From positions 48,236,001-48,300,000 of the forward strand of contig OX597830.1 of the NCBI GenBank assembly GCA_951406725.2: a stretch of DNA of 64,000 nt. Reading direction: 5' to 3'. Below, in pieces: positions 52,021 to 64,000 of this stretch. The stretch comes from Octopus vulgaris. Lineage: Eukaryota. Position 1 is the stretch's first letter. Each line of letters begins with the position of its first letter. The translations under genes were made by a program, and so were the position numbers. The notes beneath the pieces were generated by a model that was given only the letters and a program-made list of their open reading frames with translations, was not told the origin of the DNA and ran no database searches.

Positions 52021-53196
52021 TGGCATCTGATCGTAACTGACTGGAAGTGTCATCTTGTACATTGTTTTGTCCAGGTATAAAAAGATGGGCTACAGCAAAT
52101 ATTCTGCTCAATATCACAGATTTGCTTGTCGGTTGTTTGATCTTAAACAGTTGAGCATGTCATTTAATGGCTGACAATATGGGCACCTCTTGAAAGATGT
52201 GTGTTTTATTCATCATTCTTAAACAAACCTTATTCAGGGACCTTTTATATCTGCTTCCGTTGTTTTGTTTTATTGATTATGCGGTAATCCACCCCCACCC
52301 CACTGGCCTTATCCTTGTCCTCATCCCCATCATCATCACCATCATCATCACCACCACCACCATAATCACCATCATCATCTTCGTACCTGTGTGAATCACC
52401 ATCGTCTTCATAGTAGTTAGGATACTGCTGCAGCTGTTCCTACTACTATAACTACCACTACAACTAATGATGATGATGATGATGATGATGACGATGATGA
52501 TGATGATGATGATGATGAGGCCCTCCTCCCCACCAATGACGCAATACAAATATCCTTCAGACCAATATAAAACAGACGGCGATGTCGAGAAAATATATTT
52601 TTACAATTTCCTCTCAGGCACTCGACACTCAACGATTCGCTCTGCAGTTTCAAGACTTTCAACGTTTCAAAATGCTCAAACTATTTCGCAGGTTGTCCTC
52701 CATTTTTGGTAAGCTAAATATTCTTACATTTCTCTCCACGCATTCCCAGTTTTCTTTTAAAATCAAACTCAATGGCAGTTTTAATGTGTTCCATAATAAT
52801 ATTTAGTGATTGTGTATAAATACGATGTTTTCTCTATAAAATGATTCTGTAGAAAACTAGCGCTACACGAGGAAATTTCACAATCATTTCCAAAATGATA
52901 AAATTGTTGGAATCCTGTAAGAAAACCGCAAAAATAAAGAATTTCTTTGGAAATTATTTCTTCTTTTTATCTTTTACTTGTTTCATTCATTAAAGTGTGG
53001 CCATGCTGGGGCACCACCTTAGAGAGCTTTAGTCGAATGAATCGGCCCCAGTTCTTATTGTTTTATAAGCCAGGTACTTATTGTATCGGTTCCTTACTGT
53101 CGGACTGCTATGTTGCAGGGATATAAATATGCCAATACTGCTTGTCACATAGCGATGGGGGACAAACAGACACACGCACACATGTATATATATATG

Positions 53197-53323
<127 letters not shown>

Positions 53324-54060
53324 ATATATATGTATGTATGTATGTATATATATGTATGTATGTATGTATATATATAATTGTTTTGCAAGGTTCTTGATGT
53401 GAATTCGTTTGTTGAAACAGATGTTGTATTTGGGGATGTCATATTGTCAGTTTAGCCAATGAAAATACATGCACTATATATTTGGTGCTCGCTTACTTCA
53501 GCTTTATTTCATATTAATCGTATTTCGGCCAGAGTTCTTTCGTCACACTTCTGTCACCTCATCAGTGATCCTTTGCTTTCTTCTTTTCTTTTTAGTGGCT
53601 CTCCTTCCTAACGATCTGCTATTTTGTATTCCTGTTGTATGTGTCTTTATTTGCGCATGTGTATATCCCTGTGTGTGTGTCTATGTTTTGTAAGTGTGTG
53701 TATGGTAACTGCATTATTCATTATCAGTATCCCCTGTTTATTCACGTTCGTTTAATTAAATTTTATTTTACTTTATTCATTTGTTTTTATCAGTTCGAGG
53801 GATTTCATGAAATCGATTTTATGCATTGAAATTTCTTTTTTCTACAAAAAATGTTATGAATGTTTGTTCCTTAAACTTGAGTGTGATAGTATAGATATAT
53901 ACATTTTTATGAATATGGTTCTATAAGGAGACTTATGATATATGTTACCGGCGTCGCTGAGGTAAGGAAAAACATTATAAACGATACCACTAATTGACAC
54001 GTTATTAATTAGCGGAATAGCAGCATAGCCTTGAAAAAACATGGATTACATGCAAAATAT

Positions 54061-55113
54061 GTGAGCAAGAGAAATAATATTCTTAATTTAAATTCAAAAT
54101 ACATTGAAAGTCAACAATGTTTGGTTTAGAAGCGATGAGATGAACTGAAATATACGGAAATAATTTTATTCTCAAACGCAGGTTAATGCTAATAACATAG
54201 CACGAATAGGATAAACTATCCATATTTCTTTAGAAAAATCTGTCGTTGGCCAGCCATGAGACTCGAACTCACATCCCTGCGATTACCAATAAGTTAAACT
54301 GCCCAGCGACGAATTATTTTGCAATTTTAGGATGTATAAATCTAGCTTTAAAAGACGCTATCGTACGTATTATACAAAATAAGTTGAAAGTCAAGAAACA
54401 GAATATGGCTAATTTCTCCAGTTCATGCTATATTATTAGCATCACCATGCGTTTGAGAATAAGATTATTTCTTCATCTGTATGATAGCGTCTTATAAAGC
54501 TAGAAGTAAATATCCGAAAATTGGAGAAGAACTTGTCGCTCGGCAGTTTAGCTTAATGGTAAAGCCCTTACCGCGTAGTCATAGGTATGTGAGTTCGAGT
54601 CTCATGGCTGGTCGCCAACAGATTTTTCTACAAAATATGGATAGTTTATCCTACTAAGGCTATGTTGTTAGCATTATCCTACGTTTGAGAATACAATTAT
54701 TTCTTTATCTCTATTTTTCAATATCCTTAAGATTATAAACTTGAAAAATTACAGGACAAGTTATTACACCTGGAAAAGTTCAAGACAACTTATTATATAT
54801 GGTAAAATGCATAAAAAAATTACTTAAAATATTGCAGCTAAGGATAAAATGTGAATATTAAAATTTATTTGATTTTGATAAAAAAAAAGGTATTATCATT
54901 TTGTTAAAATATTGATACACTTGAATACAGAAAAACAGAAGTCCCAATAGGCGCAGGAGTGGCTGTGTGGTAAGTAGCTAGCTTACGAATCACATGGTTC
55001 CGGGTTCAGTCCACTGCGTGGCATCTTGGGCAAGTGTCTTCTGCTATAGCCCCGGGCCGACCAATGCCTTGTGAGTGGATTTGGTAGACGGAAACTGAAA
55101 GAAGCCTGTCGTA

Positions 55114-55172
<59 letters not shown>

Positions 55173-55868
55173 GTGTGTGTGTGTTTTTGTGTCTGTGTTT
55201 GTCCTCCTAGCATTGCTTGACAACCGATGCTGGTGTGTTTACGTCCCCGTCACTTAGCGGTTCGGCAAAATATACCGATAGAATAAGTACTGGGCTTACA
55301 AAGAATAAGTCCCGGGGTCGATTTGCTCGACTAAAGGCGGTGCTCCAGCATGGCTGCAGTCAAAATGACGGAAACAAGTAAAAGAGTAAAAGAGAGAGTA
55401 TATAACTAAAGCTTTATACAAAATAAAATAGTATACATGGTAGGCAAATTCCTCATGTGAAAAATAGGCATCAAGACTAAAAATGGGAAGACTTGGCAAT
55501 AACTCAGGCAATAACTCCAGCAAATTTTACTGTGGATTTGTAGTTATAGGTAGATTTTACAGCAATATATAACTAATTTTGTATTGTTCTATTTATTGTA
55601 CTAATTATATTCTACTATTTTCAACATTCTAATTATTAATTAATAATTTAAAAAATGAATATGTTTTAAAGTGCAAAAAATATTTTGAGTTATTTTTAAT
55701 TTTTCATATAAGTAACACGCACACACAAATAGAAGTAATAACCTGTAATGAAATTTTTAGTTTTAATAAAAGCTAATATTTTCTAAATCCAAATATTTTC
55801 ATGTCTAATAACTTTTCCTGTAATTTTCCAGGTTTATAATCTTAAGAATATTATTTCTCTTGCTCGCA
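54061..55868. mobile_element. Foldback/nested inverted-repeat element containing inverted tRNA-like units, interrupted by a SINE
   Basis: Inverted repeats 54157-54366/54479-54706, 54719-54777/55796-55853 and 54061-54087/55842-55868. Confidence 0.6.
54950..55392 (+). mobile_element. Full-length tRNA-derived SINE (octopus-type); fragments also at ~13010-13385, 44570-44785 and 52965-53110
   Basis: GGCGCAGGAGTGGCTGTGTGGTAAG A-box, GGGTTCAGTCC B-box-like motif, central (TA)/(TG) tract and ...GAAACAAGTAAAAGAG tail. Confidence 0.85.
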
Positions 55869-55907
55869 TTTTCAATATAAATATGTATGCATTTATGTTT
55901 GTATGTG

Positions 55908-55960
<53 letters not shown>

Positions 55961-57011
55961 ATATGCGCATACATGTATTTAGGTATGTATGTGTATGTAT
56001 GTCCGTCTGTATGTATGCATGCGAGTATATATGTATGTATTCGTATGTATGTATGTTTGTATATGTTTGTGTATGTGTGTGCAGATTTGTATATTTTATG
56101 TATGTATTCTCATGCATATAGCTGCATATCTATACATGCTCATATATGTTTAAATGATAAATTTCTGGCCAACTGTGAATACAGAATATGGTTTCAAATA
56201 ATTAAATGTCTGCTTGAGAAGCAGTAAAATCAATGACGGAATCGATATAATGTTGATGAAAAAGTACAGAACAAGTTTTTTACAGCTGGGAAAAGCGCGG
56301 GACAAGCATATTTGTATTTAAAATATTGCAGCTGAAATTAAAATTTTAAAATTCTTAGATTTATAAAAACTGAAAATAATAGCTTTTATTAGCTACTCTA
56401 TAATTAAAAACTTAACTCAAATAAAAACTGTTAGCAAAAACTAAAACAATTTTTATAGCCCCATTAAAAAGGATTTTTTTTCAATTATAAGTATTTAAGA
56501 ACTTCAATAAGTTTTTAAATAGTTTTCAGTTAAAATTCCTATTTTGCTCATCTTTTTGATAAAAAGTGTCACACTGCAATTCACTGATAAAAATATCATA
56601 AGGATGGTCTTTTGGAAATTTCAAAAAAGTCTACGGTATGGTTGTCGCAGTGTCTCGAAATAAAGCGAAGGAGAATGCAAGAAACCTGTGCAATGGCACT
56701 ACCAGAAGAAACAGAGGCACGGAAAAATGTGTACCAATTGAGAACAAAGAAAAGCCGTGCAATGGAAACACCACAAGAAACAGAAACACGGACAAATACT
56801 GATCGGCTGAAGAAACAGGACTCCAGGGAAAACACGACGCTGCCACAAATTCAGCAGCGACAAGCAAACAAACAACTAGGTACGATAGCAATGGAGAGTT
56901 GGTCAGCAAAGAACTGGCAATGAGAGAATGGCTACGGAAGATGATGTGGCAGATTTTCATGAGAAAGAACGAAACCCAAGCCTTATGTTGCACTATCCAT
57001 CCCGATATCAT

Positions 57012-59825
57012 CACTTCAGCCTGCTCAATCTGATGGGTATCTAAGAGATCAGCAGTGAATTTTTTGCTCTCTTTGAGAATAGAGTGAAGTTTTTTTGGTC
57101 TTTCATGTTTTCCAACAAGTTTTAGCATCCAATCGTTGGTTGCTTCGAGGTATTTGGCCAGTCCGATTGTGGTGGTTTTGTATGTAAGTTCAAGCTGGAT
57201 CAAACCTCGACCTCCCTGAGCTCTGGGAAGGTAAAGGCGATCTTATTGGTGCATCTTATTGCAAGTCAGTAGCTTGCGGATTTTTCTGTCAATTTTCATT
57301 ATTTCACTGGTATTCCAGTTAAGCACATGGAAACTATAAAGAACAACTGGTACTGCTAAGGAATTTATGGCTAAGACCTAATTATATGCATTCAGCTCAG
57401 ACTTCAGGACTGCTCCAACTCTTCTATAACATTCTTTCCTAACCTTCTCTTTCATGCTTGTATGCTGGATACTAGAGCCTTCATTTATTCCTAGGTATTT
57501 ATAGATTTGTTCCTGCTCAAGTTCCTTTATTACTATTTCGACATCTAATTCAATTGAACTAGACTTTACCAATTTCCCTTTCTTAAAAGTGGCTTTGGCA
57601 CACTTTTCAAGGCCGAACTCCATCCCGATATCATCACTGAATCCTTTCACAGTGTTGTAATAATCCTTCAAGCTCTTCATCATCTTTGCCATATAGCTTT
57701 AAGTCATCCATATAAAATAGATGGCTTTTTTTCCTGTTGTCAATTTTGTAGCCATATCCTGTTCTATTCAGTTCACTTGAGAGTGGTATTAGTGCTATGC
57801 AGAAAATTAGTGGTGAAAGTGAGTCACCTTGGAAAATTCCACAGTTTATGCTAATGTTGTTTGAGTGCAATACTCCATTAGAATGATATAATTGGAGCTT
57901 CGTGTTCCATAGTGACATATTATACTTTAAAATATCTGAAATCACAGGAGAAATTTTGAAAATGATCAGTGATTTCAGAATCCACGAATGTGGTATTGTC
58001 AAAGGCTTTTTTATAATCAATCCATGAAGAGCTGAGATTTCTGCGCTTGTTATGGCAGTTCTCAAGTATCATGCGATTAATTAGGAGCTGATCTTTGCAT
58101 CCGTATGAGCCTCCTCGGCATCCTTTTTGTTCAGTGGGAAAGAGGTTATTCTCTACCATAAACGTATATGTTTTCTCTACTAGAATAGATGTCAAAATCT
58201 TACAGGTAGTAGATAAACATGTTATAGGCCGGTGGTTTTTTGGGTCTTTCGTTTTGTTATTTTGGGGGAGGAGGTAAGTAATACCATTTACCATCCAATG
58301 TGGTGTTTTTTCCGGGTCTTTCATGATACTATTAAATAGTATTACTAACATTTTGTGTGCGGACGAGAGTGATGAGAGCCAGAAATTTGGTAGTCTATCA
58401 ATACCAGGGGATTTCCACTTATGAGCCTTCGTTAGTGCCCTCCTTAGGTCGGCGATTGAGATGTCTTCCCATACCTGTTCTTGTAGATTTTTTTAGGCAT
58501 CTTGGGTGCGTTTGATCCACTCTGCATTTTCATTGTATGGTTTCTCATCACTCCAGATCCCATTCCAAAGGTTTTCAATTTCTTCCATTAGGGGTGGATT
58601 TTCAATGGTTACTTTTTCGTTCCTTATTTCCCTGTAAAATGATTTGGCATTGGATTTGAACATATTTTGTTTGTAGAATTTGATTCTTTTCTCAAATCTG
58701 CGTATTCTCTGAGCTTTTGCTTGAACTTTTTGTTTAAGTGTTTCTTTCGCTGACATTAGTTCTTCTCTTGTTGAGTGTCCATATTTTCTCACAATCTTCC
58801 TGCCTTTTCTTGATCTTACATCATTTACAGAGATTAGCTCAGTTAATATTGATATCTCCCTTCGCAATGATTCAATTTCAGTTTCAATTCTACTCCTCCA
58901 GTTTGATTTTCTTTTCGAATTTGGTATTATTGGCTTTTGGGGTATTAAACAACGTCTTTCGATTACCTTAGCGACAGAGTAAATAATTTCATTGAATTTA
59001 TTAAGATCGGGTTTTAGTTGTTGTATGATTTCTTGTGTAACGCAGTTGCCAATTTTTATTTGTGTTTTATGTTGGTGTGCATTTGAGAGTTTATGGAGTG
59101 GTTCCCTATCATTCATAGTTGCATGGCCTACAACTGCAAGCTCATTCAGAACTTCTTGCTTCATTTCAATGATAGATTTTCTGTGTTGTTCAACAAATAT
59201 GTGGTCTTCAAATTCTGTTTCGACATCATTTTCCGGGCTGTTTTTCTAGGGTCATTATATTTTCCTTCTTCTTCAGGATCTTGAGTCGTTTCGGCAGATG
59301 GTCGCCTTTCAGTCAATGCTTGTGGCCCAACATGCCTCTTCTCAGCTTCGTTATTTCTTTCCTGACTTACATTTAAGTCATTCTCTACCACGTTTTTAAT
59401 AGAGGTTAATTCTGCATCTGTGAGTCTGACATTTCTGAAGATATCTCTTCTAACATTTGCTAATCTGTTTTCATCCAGGTTTGGTCTGCTAGCTGGATTC
59501 CGGCTCTTCCAAATTCTGTAGGAGTTTGCGGTGTGTTTTTCTTCGGTTGGCCTACTTAATGCAAAGTAATAAGCATATGTTACTTCTTTATATTCTTCCC
59601 GGTTCCATTTAGTTCTTTTACTTTTTTGATTTTCTGGTCGTTGTGGTGGTGAACTTTAGGGGCTTAATTTGGGACAAATCCCGTTTAAGTGACCTTCCAG
59701 GTTCGAATTCGGGGAAGATATTCTGCCATTTGAAATTTTTTTGCCATCAGGCTGGCAGCTTCCTTTATAACCATTGGACAAGCGATTCGGTGTACTGTTA
59801 AAAATTTTCTTTTCAAGTAAAGTTA
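57012..59825 (-). mobile_element. Dong/R4-type LINE, close relative of 41537-44025, retaining the 5' end
   Basis: [58 protein letters not shown] and HLFYMDDLKLY motifs, with frameshifts. Confidence 0.92.
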
Positions 59826-59983
59826 AATTATTAAGTATTCATTAAAAAAATAAATAAATAAAATAAAATAAAATACGAATAAAAGATTTATTGCTGCTGC
59901 TACAACTACTGGGGCTGCTACTGTTGCTACTGATGATAAAAGAGGCCCTCTATATGAAAATTAGTGGTTAAATCTTATTACTA

Positions 59984-60039
<56 letters not shown>

Positions 60040-60062
<23 letters not shown>

Positions 60063-60621
60063 CCTCTCTTTTAGCACCACAATATTATCACAATATTCAT
60101 GTCTATTAAAGAGTAGAAAATTTATCTATTTATTATTTCTCATTATTCATAAATAATAAAACTATACAACGTGAAACAGTTCCACCACCATTACGAAAAA
60201 CTACAAAAGACAACATTGATTTATCTATTTTCTTCTTCTTACAGGAAGATGTCCTTTAGATTTTATTGACAAAGCTAGTATACCTTCGAGTACCTTTGAT
60301 AGCTTGAGTTACTTTACTGACATCAGTTACACGAAATGTCTGCTTCGAAGATCATAGAACTGCTGAATTGCGTTTTTACAAGGATTGGACTTACACCGAA
60401 ATAAACAGAGGTAAGGGCGTCATTTTCTTGTTTTTATTTATTTATTTTGTTGGAATTATACACAGTCAGTTGGACAAGACTAAGGCACCACCTTCAAAAA
60501 TGTGTTAGTCTGTTATATTGAGGTCAGGACTTTGATTTACTTGGCTCTATCATTGGTTAAGTCCAACGTCATATAAAGGTACGGACTCAATACCAAATTA
60601 GATAGATAGATAGATAGATAT

Positions 60622-60690
<69 letters not shown>

Positions 60691-60775
60691 CAGACAGATA
60701 GACAGTTAGATAGCTAGGTAGATAGATAGGCTGACTGACAGACAGATTGACAGAGAGACAGACAGACAGACAGAC

Positions 60776-60816
<41 letters not shown>

Positions 60817-61101
60817 CATACATACATACATACATACATACATACATACATACATACAGATGCATACATACATACATTCACGGATGCATGCATGCATACA
60901 TACATACGTAGATACATACATACATACATACATACATACATACATACTTGCATTCATACATATATAGATGCATGCATGCATACATACATAATACATGTAC
61001 ACGCACACACTCATGCGAAGAGTTAACTACTAAATACTCGATGAACAAGAGGGATAAAGATAGCCCCAAACCTCCATGCTGTGATGAAAAATGTCGGCTC
61101 T
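60040..61101 (+). repeat. Direct duplicate of ~38900-39926 (exon 4 with flanking intron and microsatellites)
   Basis: Shares the acceptor region, the post-exon intron, the (GATA)n/(CATA)n tracts and the ...actcgatgaacaagaggga...gtcggctctg end. Confidence 0.92.
60245..60410 (+). pseudogene. Frameshifted paralogue (copy C) of PAN exon 4
   Basis: Same acceptor and donor context as 39073-39303. Reads RCPLDFIDKASIPSSTFDSLSYFTDISYTKCLLR, then an internal deletion, then DHRTAELRFYKDWTYTEINR. The length of 166 nt is not a multiple of 3 and gives a TAG in frame. Confidence 0.85.
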
Positions 61102-62095
61102 GTGGAAGATATCAGTCCTAAGCAATGCTGATTTTTGTAAGTGTTCTATATTCACACTTGCAGCAGTCTTTTTCAGCCATGTTGGCAGTTCAGTGTTGAT
61201 ATTTCCAAGTGCACCAATTATAATTGCTATCAATTCTCCTCTCTTCATTGGCCCCAACCTTCGTATTTCTCACTTCAAATGGTCTTCACCTTGATCCTGT
61301 TGTCACCCGGGCATGCTGTTCCCATTTTTATACATGTTCTTCCATATAAAAATTCACCATAACGATGTCTGGTTTCTGATATCTGGTCAGGTGATTTCCA
61401 TGGATCATTGCATCTGACAGGATTTTGCAATTCTCATTTTCGATGACTCCTTCAGGCGTTTGCTCAACGTCTTTGCTCTTTGTAGGCCGTGATTTCCACA
61501 GAACTCCTAATGGGTTATTCGTGCCACATCGTCATGGCATCTTTTGTATAAGCGTTGTGTCAATTTTGGGCATATTAGTGCTTCTGTCTCTATCTTCAGG
61601 TCACTCCTCCTCATTCATAACCACCGGTCCTCTCTGTACCTGTCTTGGCGTTCACATCTCTTGCAAAATGACCGTACATTTTCTTTACCTTCGATGCTTT
61701 TTCTTTTTTCGTTCATTTTTTTGCTTAAAGTTCTCTTTAGTTACACAATTTTCAGTGTCGATGATGCCATCTTTCCTGTGTTTCAAGAATGGTTTCACAA
61801 CATTTTGTATATTCCACCCTAGGCTGTTTTTTTTTTCTGCTTCGATATAGTCCTAGTACCTGATCAAGCCACTCCCACACTTTCTTCTAGACAAGTGTCA
61901 CTTTTAGGGTGGAAAGCTCTGTGCGCTGTCAAAATGTTTCTGGTCTTGGTATTCTTCATTTCTCTCTTTTGCCATTTTATAATTCCCACTCCATACCGAA
62001 GTGATGCTATCGCCCACGTATCGACTGCTTGGATTTTATTCTATCCAATCAATTTTGAGCGCAACACCAACCTCAGTCGTCTGAAATACTAGGGC
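61102..62095 (-). mobile_element. Dong/R4-type LINE 3' fragment, degenerate
   Basis: RPDIVM, IIIGALG and LQKSALL.T motifs. Confidence 0.7.
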
Positions 62096-63109
62096 CCCTA
62101 GTCTGTCTATGAAGATAGCTTCCTCATAGACAGACTAGGACCCCAAATTAACAACATGCTGGTTATTTTCAGCCAGTATATTATTCAGCTACATCTGGGT
62201 GCGTGTATAGCGGTATGGCTACCAAGTTTCTCTTATGTTATATTTTATAGCATATATTTTCTAGTTAGTTTGTTTACAGTTAATGCAACGCTACTTATTA
62301 TGTTTCCTATTTGGAAATAGATAAAATTATTTAGCTTTTAAAGTAGGGATATATAATGATAAGACCGTCACTTATAACTTAAGTGTTATCATTATACGCA
62401 GTCCTAACTACAGCTATATAAATGCCGTAGAGAAATATACTTTCTGGAACGCTAACGAACATTAGCGGGCATGTATATTAAATATATTTTCGTGTTCTTT
62501 TGACCGCTATAAAAAGTACAGTTTAATAATTACAGAAATACATTTCATATATAGTTTAAGAACTTCCTGCATGGATGGTAGTCCAGGGATCATTCTCAAA
62601 TTATCTTCAGTTCATTTTTTTATCGTCCCAAGTGCTTCTACAATCACTGGTATTGTAACCGTCTCGTGATGCCATCTTTGCTCCTACTACTGTGTAGAAT
62701 TATTAAATATTGTTTAGTTTCGACTTTTGTCTTGTACTTGAGATTATCAAAAATATGTGAGGGCTGGAGGTGATAGTAGGAGAAAGAGGAGTAGCTTAGG
62801 GGTGGGGCGGATTTTTTTGAATTTTCCTTTCCTTTCTTTTAGGTTTCGCGAGTCGGACATCTTTACAGAAGTTTCCTCATTTAAACTTGCAGTTTTGATA
62901 CAACCATTTGGTTTATTTTTGTCTTGTTTTTTCTTAATCTTAAATCTATTATTCAAGAAGGATATTGTCATTTTAAGAACACAAGTGTTTGGAACTGAAT
63001 TGGAACTGGTTATATGATAAAGAGCGTGGTTGGATAGCTTAGAAATTCCTCTCAAAATCGCGTGACCCTAAAACACAGTATTTTCGGCTAGTACATTTTA
63101 CCATCATCT

Positions 63110-63752
63110 CAAGTCGACCAAAGCTTTGTAAGTGAAATTACGGAGAAACTGTGTAGAATCCTGTCCAGTTGGTAACAGTTGTAATTTAAAGGTGAAACCG
63201 TGTCGCATTGTCTCAATCTGATTCTATCTGAGAATTACGTTAAGTGTACACCTATCTATAGAATGTTCTGTGACTTGTACACTAATTCAATGAGTAAGTT
63301 GTCCTGAGGATCGAATTCATCGTCGAAATCAACGGAGATCCACGTAATCATCATATCAAATGTATTTTCATAATTCTTCTCCAAACTTTATCCACGTCCA
63401 AATAAGTTGTATATTACTTGAATCATCGCGTAAAGTGAACATTTTGTAGTTTTAATTTCAAATTCTTATCGTCAGTTCTATGTTAGTAAGATTTCTACTT
63501 TGTAATTAACCTTGTTAATTTCTGAGAGTGTGCAAGAGATCGTGAAATTGTTTAAATTGCTGATATCATCATTTACCGTTGATTACCAATGTGTTAGAAT
63601 GCTGAACATCCTTTGCTACACTGCTTATAGTGTCTCTTCGTTCGGATCTCCTATTGATTTCTGTATACGTTCTAAAATCTCGTCAGCTTAATAGGAATTT
63701 ATCCGACTGATACAGCAACAGAAAAAAGAATAATATTCCTCACGGTCATTAG

Positions 63753-63787
<35 letters not shown>

Positions 63788-63815
63788 CACATCCATTTTA
63801 TTTAGAATTCTCTTT
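63110..63815 (+). repeat. Third copy of palindrome-arm sequence (matches 18725-19455 directly and ~11105-11755 inverted)
   Basis: Runs from gtcgaccaaagctttgtaagtgaaattac through cacggtcattag(TG)n to tttagaattctcttt with high identity. Confidence 0.93.
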
Positions 63816-64000
63816 TGAATTTTGTTTGTTTGGAATTATATTTCTCCCAAATTTCGCGACAAAAGTTTGCAGTAATACTCATACCAAAGCACCTCAAATT
63901 CCAGCCCTTAAAAACCGTTCTCTGCCCCTCACTCTATTTTATATACTTCCCCTTTCGCTAATTGACCCCCACTTCATTTATCGTTACATACATACACGTT

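Noticed and set aside
54542-54615. tRNA gene
   Set aside because: A and B boxes are present, but I cannot fold a convincing acceptor and anticodon stem, and it lies in an inverted repeat with a more degenerate twin; treated as tRNA-derived.
56612-56923. 103-aa charged ORF with ETPQETE/ETEAR repeats as a host gene
   Set aside because: No splice or domain support. It resembles low-complexity N-terminal repeats of Helitron-like proteins, but too weakly to call.

Overview
AT-rich, microsatellite- and transposon-dense eukaryotic DNA. The tRNA-derived SINEs and Dong/R4-, CR1/L2-, RTE- and Penelope-type remnants suggest a mollusc, probably an octopus (inference). Nearly all ORFs in the supplied track are microsatellite artefacts or decayed transposon pieces. 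By reading splice sites I can assemble one complete + strand gene (CDS 21608..46529, 5-6 short coding exons, all introns phase 1). It encodes a secreted ~250-282 aa protein with a signal peptide and three PAN/apple-like domains. Its promoter and first three exons lie in the right arm of a ~24 kb inverted duplication (arms ~1835-14969 and ~16259-25724). The left arm holds a head-to-head paralogue on the - strand that runs off the window start. A frameshifted third copy of exon 4 lies at 60245-60410, and a third copy of the upstream region lies at ~63110-63815. Differences between paralogous exons are mostly amino-acid changing, and the exon 4 copies are far more diverged than their flanking introns, which points to a fast-evolving, locally amplifying family of secreted PAN-domain proteins. 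All alignments and counts were done by eye, and no database search was possible.
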